A stretch of DNA of 64,000 nucleotides from Candidatus Krumholzibacteriia bacterium (GTDB taxonomy: Bacteria > Krumholzibacteriota > Krumholzibacteriia > Krumholzibacteriales > Krumholzibacteriaceae), in the NCBI GenBank assembly GCA_963836185.1, contig CAWIIQ010000001.1, forward strand, positions 128,001-192,000, in the 5' to 3' direction. Of this stretch, positions 44,353-53,083 are shown in pieces. Numbering within the stretch: the stretch's first letter is position 1; each line of letters opens with the position of its first letter. The translations under genes and the position numbers were made by a program. The notes beneath the pieces were generated by a model that did not search any database, was not told the origin of the DNA, and was given only the letters and a program-made list of their open reading frames with translations.

Positions 44353-45609
44353 ATGATGGAGTTTATTCAGGAAATACTGCTGCAGACCTGGGAGACGCTC
44401 AGGGAGATGTCCCCGTTTCTCCTCTTCGGATTTATGATAGCAGGGATCCTTTACGTTTTCATAAAGCCGGAGCTAGTAGAGAAGCATCTCGGAGGAAAGG
44501 GCACGGCCCAGGTCGTGAAAGCATCTTTGCTCGGGGTGCCCCTGCCCCTGTGTTCGTGCGGGGTGATCCCGGTTGCCGCCTCCCTGAGGAGGCACGGCGC
44601 GGGGAAGGGAGCGACGACATCGTTTCTGATCTCTACTCCTCAGACCGGAGTCGACAGCATAATGGTGACGCTCAGTCTTCTCGGTCCGGTATTCGCCGTG
44701 TTCAGGCCCCTTTTCGCCTTTATCAGCGGGGTCTTCGGCGGTTCGGTCGTCAATCTTCTCGACAGGGAGGATGACAGCGAGGCTCATGAGCATCCCGTCT
44801 GCACCGACTGCGACGAGGACGGCAGCCACAGGAGCGCCGGCATCGGCGGCGCGATGAAATACGGCTTCCATACTCTCCCGAGGGATATCAACAGGGCGCT
44901 GATAATCGGTATAATACTCGCCGGGTTTATCGGAGCTCTCGTTCCCGATGATTATTTTGCCTCGATTCTCGGCGGCGGCATCATCGCGATGCTCGTGATG
45001 ATGGCTGTCGGGATCCCCATATATGTTTGCGCAACGGCATCTGTGCCGATCGCCGCCGCTCTTATTGCCAAGGGCGTCTCGCCCGGCGCGGCTCTTGTCT
45101 TCCTCATGACGGGCCCCGCGACGAACGCGGCGACTATCATGACGATATCGAAGGTGATGGGAAGGCGCACAGCGGTGATCTATCTCGCCACGGTGGCGCT
45201 CAGCGCGATAGCGGGCGGGCTGCTCCTCGACGCGATATACCAGGCCGGATCCTTTCAGGGCGCGATGGAGCATCCGTGGATGCTTCCCGGCTGGCTCAAG
45301 AGTGTCAGCGCGGTCCTGGTCGTCGCCGTGATAGCCGGCTCCTTCTTCCGTATCCCGGAGAAGCAGCCGGAAATCGAGGATAACGAGGGTAACAGCATGA
45401 AGTTAAAGATAGAGGGAATGACATGTGAGCACTGCGTGGACAGCGTGACGAGGGCTCTGAAGGAAAGCCGGGGCGTCAAAACGGCCCTGGTGGATCTGAA
45501 GAAAGGAGAAGCAGTCGTGACTGGCGGGGACATGGACGTATCCCTGCTCAGGGAGGCGGTAGAGAGCCTCGGATATAAAGTGACCGGATCGGACGATTCC
45601 GGGACTTGA
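44353..45609 (+). CDS. ArsP/SO_0444-type permease with C-terminal HMA metal-binding domain
   Basis: PLPLCSCGVIP, YVCATASVP, GPATN; GMTCEHC. Confidence 0.88.
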   Translation: MMEFIQEILLQTWETLREMSPFLLFGFMIAGILYVFIKPELVEKHLGGKGTAQVVKASLLGVPLPLCSCGVIPVAASLRRHGAGKGATTSFLISTPQTGVDSIMVTLSLLGPVFAVFRPLFAFISGVFGGSVVNLLDREDDSEAHEHPVCTDCDEDGSHRSAGIGGAMKYGFHTLPRDINRALIIGIILAGFIGALVPDDYFASILGGGIIAMLVMMAVGIPIYVCATASVPIAAALIAKGVSPGAALVFLMTGPATNAATIMTISKVMGRRTAVIYLATVALSAIAGGLLLDAIYQAGSFQGAMEHPWMLPGWLKSVSAVLVVAVIAGSFFRIPEKQPEIEDNEGNSMKLKIEGMTCEHCVDSVTRALKESRGVKTALVDLKKGEAVVTGGDMDVSLLREAVESLGYKVTGSDDSGT

Positions 45610-45663
45610 TAGATAGGTCGAACAGGAGTACACTGATTAACCCGATTCCTAAGGAGGAAACAA

Positions 45664-46238
45664 ATGTCAATTGAAGGGCACGAAGACCGAGAAGAACATC
45701 CTCGCCGCGTTCACCGGCGAGTCGCAGGCACGCAACCGCTACACCTATTTCGCCAGCAAGGCGAAGAAGGAAGGATTCGTCCAGATCTCCGAAATATTCA
45801 CGGAGACGGCGAACCAGGAGAAGGAGCACGCCAAGAGACTGTTCAAGCTTCTCGAGGGCGGAGAGGTCGAGATAACCGGGAGCTTCCCCGCGGGTGTCAT
45901 CGGCACTACGCAGGAGAACCTGATGGAAGCGGCCGGCGGGGAGAACTACGAGTGGACGCGAGATGTATCCCGGGTTCGCAAAGATCGCCCGCGAAGAGGG
46001 CTTCGACGAGATCGCCGTGATCTTCGAGTCGATCGCCAATGCGGAGAAGCAGCACGAGAAGAGATACAACGACCTGAGGGAAAATATCGAGAACGGTTCG
46101 GTCTTCAAGAAGGACAAGCCGGTCGTCTGGCGCTGCCGCAACTGCGGGTACACCCATACCGGCGAGGAAGCTCCCGACCAGTGCCCCGCGTGCGCGCACC
46201 CGAAGGCGCATTTCGAGGTCCTCGGGGAGAACTGGTAA
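45664..46238 (+). CDS. rbr: Rubrerythrin, two frameshifts
   Basis: LKGTKTE.N, GESQARNRY, EKEHAK, MYPGFA, WRCRNCGY...CPAC.HP. Confidence 0.92.
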
Positions 46239-46290
46239 ACGAACGGAAATATTTTCGAAAGCGATTCCAATAACGTGAAAGGAGCCTGAA

Positions 46291-46669
46291 ATGGCAAAGA
46301 GACTGGAAGTTTACAAATGCGACATGTGCGGCAACATCGTTGAGGTCCTCACCGGCGGAGCGGGCAAGCTCGTCTGCTGCGGGCAGGAGATGAAGGTATT
46401 CGAAGAGAAGACCGCCGATTCCTCGACCGAGAAGCATGTGCCCTGTGATCGAGAAGATCGACGGCGGATACAAGGTCGTTGTCGGCAGCACGCTCCATCC
46501 GATGGAGGAGAAGCATTACATCGAGTGGATCCAGCTGATGTCGGGCGACGCGTCGATCAGGGCCTTCCTGAAGCCCGGCGACGCCCCGGAAGCTGTCTTC
46601 ATGTGTGATTTCGATGATGTCTCGGCCCGTGAGTACTGCAATGTACACGGGCTGTGGAAGGAGGAATAG
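46291..46669 (+). CDS. dfx: Desulfoferrodoxin (superoxide reductase), one frameshift
   Basis: [34 protein letters not shown]. Confidence 0.92.
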
Positions 46670-46675
46670 ACAGAA

Positions 46676-47228
46676 ATGATCCCCGACAAGATCACAAAGG
46701 CCTTTAACGAGCAGATCATGCACGAGTATTTCTCGGCGTATCTCTATCTCTCGATGGCCGCATGGCTGGAGACCGAGGGCCTCGAGGGAATGGGGCGCTG
46801 GATGCGCGTGCAGGCCCTGGAAGAGATGACTCACGCGATGAAGTTCTTCGATCATATTCTCGAGAGAGGGGGCGAGCCGGAGCTGCTCGCCATCGAGAAA
46901 CCTCAGGCAAAGTGGGATTCGGCGCTCGACAGCGTTCGAGAACGCGCTCGCCCACGAGCAGTTCATCAGCGGCAAGATCAACGACCTGATGACCCTCTCG
47001 ATCGCAGAGAACGACCATGGCTCCAGGACGATGCTGCAGTATTTCGTCGATGAGCAGGTCGAGGAAGAGGACAACGCTTCGAAGAACGTCTACAACCTCC
47101 GGATGGTCGGCGACAAGGGGCAGGGGCTCCTGATGCTCGACCGTGAATTCGGTGCGCGGGTCTTCAAGCTTCCCGCTGACTCCGGTACTCGGTACAGGGG
47201 CGGAGTAACGGACCGGAATGAACGATGA
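46676..47228 (+). CDS. ftnA: Ferritin, frameshifted near 46930; true stop possibly 47208
   Basis: NEQI..E..SAYLYLSM, EE..HAMKF, FVDEQVEEE. Confidence 0.88.
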
Positions 47229-47301
47229 TCCGGGATGACAGGGGGAGGCATGGACCTCCCCCGCGTCCCGGCAATACAAGTTTCAAGGAAGGAACCTGAC
47301 G

Positions 47302-48528
47302 ATGAAGGCATGCAGAGCTGTGCAGATTTCCGACAATGTCTACTGGGTCGGAGCGATCGACTGGGACATCAGGAACTTTCACGGCTATTCGACCGATCGC
47401 GGCACGACGTATAACGCTTACCTGATAATGGCCGAGAAGGTCACCCTCGTGGATGCCGTCAAGGCGAACTTCCGCGATGAGCTGCTTGCCAGGATCAGTT
47501 CGGTCATCGATCCGGAGAAGATCGACTATATCATCTCAAATCACGCCGAGATGGACCACTCGGGCTGCCTCCCTGACATCATCGACAGAGTCAAGCCGGA
47601 GAAGGTCTTTGCCTCCGTCAAGGGCGTCGAGGCTCTCGAGCAGCACTTCGGGCTGAAGGATATCACCGCCGTCGAGGACGAGGGGGAGATCGACCTCGGT
47701 AACATGAAGGTCACCTGCCTCGAGACGAGGCTCCTTCACTGGCCCGACAGCATGGTCTCATACCTTGCCGAAGACAAGATCCTCTTCTCCCAGGACGGCT
47801 TCGGGATGCATCTCGCCTCGAACGAACGTTTCGACGACGAGCTCGACGATTACGTTCTCTACTACGAGGCGGCGAAGTATTACGCCAACATCCTTCTTCT
47901 CTATTCCCACATAGCGGCGAAGATCATCAAGAGGCTCGAAGGCAGCGGACTCGATATACAGACGATCGCTCCCGACCACGGGCCGGTCTGGCGCTCGAAG
48001 ATCCCGTGGATCATGGATCTTTACAAGAAATGGTCGGCCAGGGAGCTGAAGAAGAAAGCGATCATAGTGTACGACTCGATGTGGGACAGCACCCGTATGA
48101 TGGCGCGCGCGATAGAGGACGGCCTGACCGAAGGCGGTGTGCATGTCAAGGTGCTCAGCGCGACCGGGACGAGCCGTGCCGAGGTCGTCACCGAGCTGAT
48201 CGATGCCGCCGCGCTGATAGTCGGCTCGCCTACTCTCAACAACCACATCTTCCCGACTGTCGCCGATATCCTCACATACATCAAGGGGCTCAAGCCGAAG
48301 GGAGTCGTCGGCGCGGCGTTCGGTTCGTACGGGTGGAGCGGAGAGTCCGTCCGCGTGCTCAATGCCTGGCTCGAGGATATGAAGGTCGAGCTGGTGGGGG
48401 AGGGAGTCAGGGTACAGTACGTCCCCAAGGCCGAGGACCTCGAGAGATGCAGGCAGCTGGGGATGGATATTGCGAAAAGGATCGAGGGCCTGCCCGATCC
48501 CCTGATCGTCACAAAGGTCTGCACCTGA
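47302..48528 (+). CDS. fprA: FprA-family flavodiiron protein
   Basis: GTTYNAYLI, NHAEMDHSG, HWPDSM, PDHG, flavodoxin domain FGSYGWSGE. Confidence 0.93.
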   Translation: MKACRAVQISDNVYWVGAIDWDIRNFHGYSTDRGTTYNAYLIMAEKVTLVDAVKANFRDELLARISSVIDPEKIDYIISNHAEMDHSGCLPDIIDRVKPEKVFASVKGVEALEQHFGLKDITAVEDEGEIDLGNMKVTCLETRLLHWPDSMVSYLAEDKILFSQDGFGMHLASNERFDDELDDYVLYYEAAKYYANILLLYSHIAAKIIKRLEGSGLDIQTIAPDHGPVWRSKIPWIMDLYKKWSARELKKKAIIVYDSMWDSTRMMARAIEDGLTEGGVHVKVLSATGTSRAEVVTELIDAAALIVGSPTLNNHIFPTVADILTYIKGLKPKGVVGAAFGSYGWSGESVRVLNAWLEDMKVELVGEGVRVQYVPKAEDLERCRQLGMDIAKRIEGLPDPLIVTKVCT

Positions 48529-48560
48529 CAGAGCGTCAGGATATTCTATAAAACATCAAT

Positions 48561-48597
48561 GGGCCCCGGTTTACATGACCGGGGCCCTGCTGTTTTT
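48561..48597 (+). terminator. Intrinsic terminator after fprA
   Basis: GGGCCCCGGT...ACCGGGGCCC stem followed by a T-rich tail. Confidence 0.65.
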
Positions 48598-48602
48598 ACC
48601 CG

Positions 48603-48651
48603 TTGACAGAATGCAGTTTCATCGCTATATTGGTATATAAGTACCGCAATA
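48603..48651 (+). promoter_or_regulatory. Sigma70-type promoter with an imperfect inverted repeat (candidate Rrf2 operator)
   Basis: TTGACA-17-TATATT; TATTGGTA-TATAAG-TACCGCAATA. Confidence 0.55.
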
Positions 48652-48669
48652 CTCAAATAAGGAGATGGC

Positions 48670-49119
48670 GTGTCAGGCTCACTGAGAATATCCGAAGCGG
48701 CCGCACTGGCTCTGCATACGATGGTCTACCTGGCGGGAGACCCGTCGACTCAATATTCGGCCGGGAATCTGTCGAGGGTGATCTGCGTATCGGAGGCTCA
48801 CCTGGCCAAGGTCCTCCAGAGACTGGCGAAAGAGGGGTTGCTCGTTTCGGTCAGGGGGCCGAAAGGCGGGTTCCGGCTCGCCCGGAAGACAGATGAAATA
48901 ACGCTGCTCGATGTATTCGAGGCGATCGACGGCCCATACGAACCTTCAGAATGCCTCATGCACGACCGGACATGCGGTCAGATGGGCTGCCTGTTCGGCG
49001 ATCTGCTCGGCAATATAAACAGGCAGGTCAGGGATTACCTGGGAGGCCGCAGCCTCGAGGACGTCAAGTGGGTCTATGATTCATCAGGCGACAGGAAGGA
49101 AAATTTCAATGAAGCGTAA
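48670..49119 (+). CDS. Rrf2-family transcriptional regulator
   Basis: SEAHLAKVLQRL, S.RGPKGGF.L, three C-terminal Cys. Confidence 0.9.
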   Translation: MSGSLRISEAAALALHTMVYLAGDPSTQYSAGNLSRVICVSEAHLAKVLQRLAKEGLLVSVRGPKGGFRLARKTDEITLLDVFEAIDGPYEPSECLMHDRTCGQMGCLFGDLLGNINRQVRDYLGGRSLEDVKWVYDSSGDRKENFNEA

Positions 49120-49981
49120 GATAATCACTATCGATGACGAGAAGTGCAACGGATGCGGAGCGTGTATTCCGGACTGCCCTGAGGGAGCGCTGCAGATGAT
49201 CGACGGCAAGGCGAGGCTGATCAGCGATCTCTTCTGCGACGGCCTCGGCGCCTGCATAGGAAGCTGCCCTGAGGGTGCTATAACGGTAGTGGAGAGGGAG
49301 GCCGAGCCTTACGACGAATCGAAGGTGATGGCCAATATCGTCAAACACGGCGTCAACACCATCAAGGCCCACCTCGCTCACCTGCAGGATCACGGTGAGG
49401 ATGAGTTGATGCGTGAGGCGATCGCCTATCTCGTGGAGAATGACATAGAGGTCCCCTCTGAATTCCTCGATTCGAAGTGCGCCTGCGATGAGATCGGTGA
49501 AGCGCCCGGCGGACAAGGCCCTTCCGGCGGTGGTTGTCCCGGTGCGAGACTGATGGATCTCGGCAAGCCCGCACCCCCACGCCCGGAGGAGACCCAGACA
49601 TCGGCAGGCCAGATGTCCTCACGGCTGAGCCAGTGGCCAGTTCAGATCATGCTGATTCCGCCGCATGCCCCATTTCTCAACGGTGCCGACCTGCTCTTCG
49701 CGGCTGACTGCGTACCGTTTGCCTACCCCGAGTTCCACGAGAAGCTTCTGAAGGGCCGGGTATGCCTGATAGGATGCCCCAAATTCGATGACGCGCAGCT
49801 TTATCTCGACAAGATCACAGAGATCTTCAAGCTCAACGATGTCAAGTCGATTATGATCGCCTACATGGAGGTCCCATGCTGCGGCGGTATGGTAAGGATA
49901 ATCGAGGAAGCGCTCAAGGCCTCCGGGAAGAATATCCCGCTGGCGAAGCAGAAGATCGGCATCAAGGGCGACGAGCTCTAG
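49109..49981 (+). CDS. 4Fe-4S dicluster / iron-sulfur cluster-binding protein
   Basis: CNGCGACIPDC, CDGLGACIGSCP, GCPG, QWPVQ, AADC, GCPK, EVPCC. Confidence 0.88.
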   Translation: MKRKIITIDDEKCNGCGACIPDCPEGALQMIDGKARLISDLFCDGLGACIGSCPEGAITVVEREAEPYDESKVMANIVKHGVNTIKAHLAHLQDHGEDELMREAIAYLVENDIEVPSEFLDSKCACDEIGEAPGGQGPSGGGCPGARLMDLGKPAPPRPEETQTSAGQMSSRLSQWPVQIMLIPPHAPFLNGADLLFAADCVPFAYPEFHEKLLKGRVCLIGCPKFDDAQLYLDKITEIFKLNDVKSIMIAYMEVPCCGGMVRIIEEALKASGKNIPLAKQKIGIKGDEL

Positions 49982-51084
49982 GCGGGATGCAGGTCGTCGA
50001 GCCAGGTCGCGTCCGGATCGAACTTTCTCTTGAAGAACTTTCCGTTGTTCTTCGGGTTGTGCGCCTGGTGGAACCTGAAGTAGATGTACTCCTCGTCCAC
50101 TCCGGATATGGCGATTTTCCCGTCCTTGTGTGACATGACGTAGCGGTACCTCTTGCTGTACCCGTCCATCATCGAACGGGCCTGCTCCACTATCCTGAAT
50201 CCCCGCACCAGGGGCACCTGGAAGATCTTCTTGACGCGCTTTACGGGCCTGCACTGGAAGACGTAATAGGGGATCACTCCCATCCCGGTGAGAGTCTGCT
50301 GCAGATCGGCCATGGTCCCGGGATCGTCGTTTACCCCCTTCATCAGCACCGTCTGGTTATTGGTCACGACGCCTGCCCGCTGAAGCGTGTTTATCGCCCG
50401 CCGCGCAGCCGGGGTGAGTTCTCTCGGATGATTGAACTGGGTGCTGACAAAGATCCTCTTCTTCTTTATCGATGTCTCCTTGAGCAGCTCGTACAGTTCC
50501 CTGTCCTCGGAGATGCGCCGCGGCATGGTCACCGGTACCTTGGTGCCGAGGCGGATGAAGTCGAGATGATCGATATCGGAGAGCTTTTCGATGAACTTCC
50601 TGACCATCCGGGTAGGCAGCGAAAGAGGATCCCCTCCGCTGAGGAGGACATTGTTGATCTCGGTATGTTTTTTGATGTATCTGACAGCGTCTGTGAACCT
50701 GTTGACAGTCTCATCCGTCGGCAGTCCGACGAGCCTCTTCCTGAAACAGTACCTGCAGAAGGTCGTGCATTTGTTCGTCGTAAGAATCAGCGCGGTCTTT
50801 GTGTACTTGTGCTGAAGGCCGGGCAGTTTCGTGTTCTGCTGCTCTCCGCTCTGGTCGTAGATCCCGGCGCGGTCGAGTTCGCCATCCGACGGAACCGTCA
50901 TCTTTCTGAGCGGATCATCCGGATTGTTCCAGTCGATCAGGGCGGCATAATATCTCGTTATGCTCATCGGATGCCTGTCGATCACCTTCCGGAGCTTTCT
51001 TTTCTCCAATCCAGTGATGTCTGTAAGTTCTGCCAGATCTTCGATAGTAGTGATATTATTTCTGAATTCTTCTTCCCATGCCAC
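49978..51084 (-). CDS. KamA-family radical SAM aminomutase-like protein
   Basis: GLQHKY, CTTFCRYCFRKR, LSGGDP, FNHPREL, NQTVL.KGVND, PYY.FQC; GTG start after GGAGG. Confidence 0.88.
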   Translation of the reverse strand: MAWEEEFRNNITTIEDLAELTDITGLEKRKLRKVIDRHPMSITRYYAALIDWNNPDDPLRKMTVPSDGELDRAGIYDQSGEQQNTKLPGLQHKYTKTALILTTNKCTTFCRYCFRKRLVGLPTDETVNRFTDAVRYIKKHTEINNVLLSGGDPLSLPTRMVRKFIEKLSDIDHLDFIRLGTKVPVTMPRRISEDRELYELLKETSIKKKRIFVSTQFNHPRELTPAARRAINTLQRAGVVTNNQTVLMKGVNDDPGTMADLQQTLTGMGVIPYYVFQCRPVKRVKKIFQVPLVRGFRIVEQARSMMDGYSKRYRYVMSHKDGKIAISGVDEEYIYFRFHQAHNPKNNGKFFKRKFDPDATWLDDLHPA

Positions 51085-51251
51085 GTCGCCCACCTCCCGT
51101 ATTGAAACGCGGTGCGTCTTCCAACGCATGAACTGGCCTGTCAAGGATATGCGGGTATAGGATACCGAAGCAAACCAGCGGGAATGAAGTGCGGGATTTT
51201 TCCACAACTTCACCTGAAAAATAGCAGATACGGGCCTTTATTACTATATTT

Positions 51252-51292
51252 AAAAAGAAAGGAGCCGCGCCCTTCACAGGACACGGCTCCTT
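51252..51292 (-). terminator. Intrinsic terminator closing the Lon-receptor operon
   Basis: AAGGAGCCG...CGGCTCCTT stem followed by TCTTTTT on the minus strand. Confidence 0.7.
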
Positions 51293-51313
51293 CAGCCCGG
51301 ATCTTCGCAGGAG

Positions 51314-51979
51314 TTACTGATTCGAAGATTCCGTCTTCACGCGTATCTTTGAGTCCTTTGAAATTGAGAAGCCCGCTAAATCCGTATCGAGCAGTCCATT
51401 CTGGCCGGTTATCAGAACTTTGCCGTCGACTACCACCTCGACGCCGCTGGTATTGATTCCCCTCTCTCCGACCAGGATATATGAGCGGTTACCATTGGCG
51501 ATGTTGGTAAATTCACTCAGGAAATAATTGCCGTCACCCGAGCAGAACCTGACGGGTTCTCTTTCAGGCCGCTCGGTAGCCGCTGCCAGCTGCGGCTCCT
51601 CTTCAAAAGGTCGTGTGTACGGCTCGTAGAACAGCTCGATCCCCTCCGACACGGATTCAGTAGTTTCAGAAGGAACCAACGATACATTATGCATGAGGAT
51701 ATCGAATCGTTCGTCGATATCTGCAGTTTCAACCGCCTGGCGATAGTAGCTGACGAATTCAATCAGCTCCTTTAGCGTTTCTCTGCACATCTCGCATGCC
51801 TCCAGATGGGATCTGAGATCCCCTTCACCGGGCTGAAACAGATCCGCCACAAGTGCCGCCGGATCTTTTCCCGGAGCGTCTTCTGCTCCGGCCCCTCCAA
51901 GTGCTCTAATGGCAAGTGCTTCCAACCTTCCCCCAGGGATACACCCTTCGGGCGTCGCATTTTTACACACTTGTCTCAC
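51314..51979 (-). CDS. Soluble zf-HC2 (ZAS-like) anti-sigma-like protein with internal LAAA motif
   Basis: HLEACEMC (HxxxCxxC), no TM segment, EPQLAAATE linker, small beta-rich C-domain. Confidence 0.65.
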   Translation of the reverse strand: MRQVCKNATPEGCIPGGRLEALAIRALGGAGAEDAPGKDPAALVADLFQPGEGDLRSHLEACEMCRETLKELIEFVSYYRQAVETADIDERFDILMHNVSLVPSETTESVSEGIELFYEPYTRPFEEEPQLAAATERPEREPVRFCSGDGNYFLSEFTNIANGNRSYILVGERGINTSGVEVVVDGKVLITGQNGLLDTDLAGFSISKDSKIRVKTESSNQ

Positions 51980-51997
51980 CCCTTTACTGGAGACATT

Positions 51998-53083
51998 TCA
52001 TATATCTGCACGAATCTTTCTCAAAAAATTATCCCAGAGCACCTTCCAGAAGTTCTGGAAGCTCCCCATGTGCTTCTCTCTGTACAGTTCGGCGTCGCAT
52101 CCGGCGATGTGCCTGCCCAGAGCTTCATGGTGCTGGACCTTGCTGCCGTGGACTATGATCTCCTCGAGCATGTCCCATCCAGCCTTTTCGTAAGCGCCCC
52201 GGTATTCCGCCGAGCCGCCACTTCTCCAGCCATATGTCGCGGAGGTCTCGTCGAGGGCCTCTCTGGCCAGAAGGAGCATCTCCTTCTGAAGGTACTCCTG
52301 CATCGGGTCGATCTTCGTGGTCTCGATCCGGGGAGGGATGAAACGGGTGCTGATCAGCTCGAATACCGCGGTGCGAAGAGTCGAAATATGGATACAGCTG
52401 CCGTATATTTCGGTTCCCAGGAGCCAGTCGAATATCAGGCCTACCAGCCGTCCGGGTTTTTCTGATCCACGCAGGAGAGGCGCGCAGCCGGCGATGATCT
52501 CATCCGCCGAAGCCTGCCGCCCGGTGGATTTCCCCGGCGCTTCGAGGTCAGTTACGATATCGGCGTTTCGCCTGTATCTCGGGTCAGCCGTGATATGCCG
52601 GGCAACGGCCGAGAAGACATAGTGCAGCAGCTTCTTCTCGGTCTGGGATATCTCTTTGAGGGTATGGCTCAGATTGACCCCGGATATGCCCCTGAGGAAG
52701 AAAAAGAGGTCTCTCTTCTCGATCTTGTCGTCTCCGGAAAAGAATCGAAGGATGAGATTCGTGATTTCCAGGAAATTGTCCTCCCCCCTCGTCGAGTAGG
52801 GGATCTCTGCGGTGCTGTGCGCTATTTCATCGAATTCGTATGACACGGTGCTGAGAAAGAACCAGGAGGATCTCTTCGATTTCATCTCGAGCTCGGCGAC
52901 CGCCATCGCGAAGAGAGCGAGATAGATCATCTTGATGTCCCGGCGGACCGACAGTTCGGCCCCGTCGATCTCACCATCCATCAGCTCTGCGCCGGCCAGT
53001 GGCGAGAATACATCGCGGATATTCTCTGCCGCCTTGTACAGGCGTTCGAGATCGACGCCTTCAAGAATGTTTGAGTCGTTCAC
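51998..53083 (-). CDS. Helical hypothetical protein, possible highly divergent sigma-like factor
   Basis: 361-aa ORF overlapping the upstream gene by 4 nt; weak sigma region-2 and region-4 resemblance only. Confidence 0.5.
   Translation of the reverse strand: MNDSNILEGVDLERLYKAAENIRDVFSPLAGAELMDGEIDGAELSVRRDIKMIYLALFAMAVAELEMKSKRSSWFFLSTVSYEFDEIAHSTAEIPYSTRGEDNFLEITNLILRFFSGDDKIEKRDLFFFLRGISGVNLSHTLKEISQTEKKLLHYVFSAVARHITADPRYRRNADIVTDLEAPGKSTGRQASADEIIAGCAPLLRGSEKPGRLVGLIFDWLLGTEIYGSCIHISTLRTAVFELISTRFIPPRIETTKIDPMQEYLQKEMLLLAREALDETSATYGWRSGGSAEYRGAYEKAGWDMLEEIIVHGSKVQHHEALGRHIAGCDAELYREKHMGSFQNFWKVLWDNFLRKIRADI

Noticed and set aside
47230-47272. Hairpin between ferritin and fprA as a distinct RNA element
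   Set aside because: A simple GC stem with no U-tract or recognisable family; probably an mRNA stability or pausing structure.
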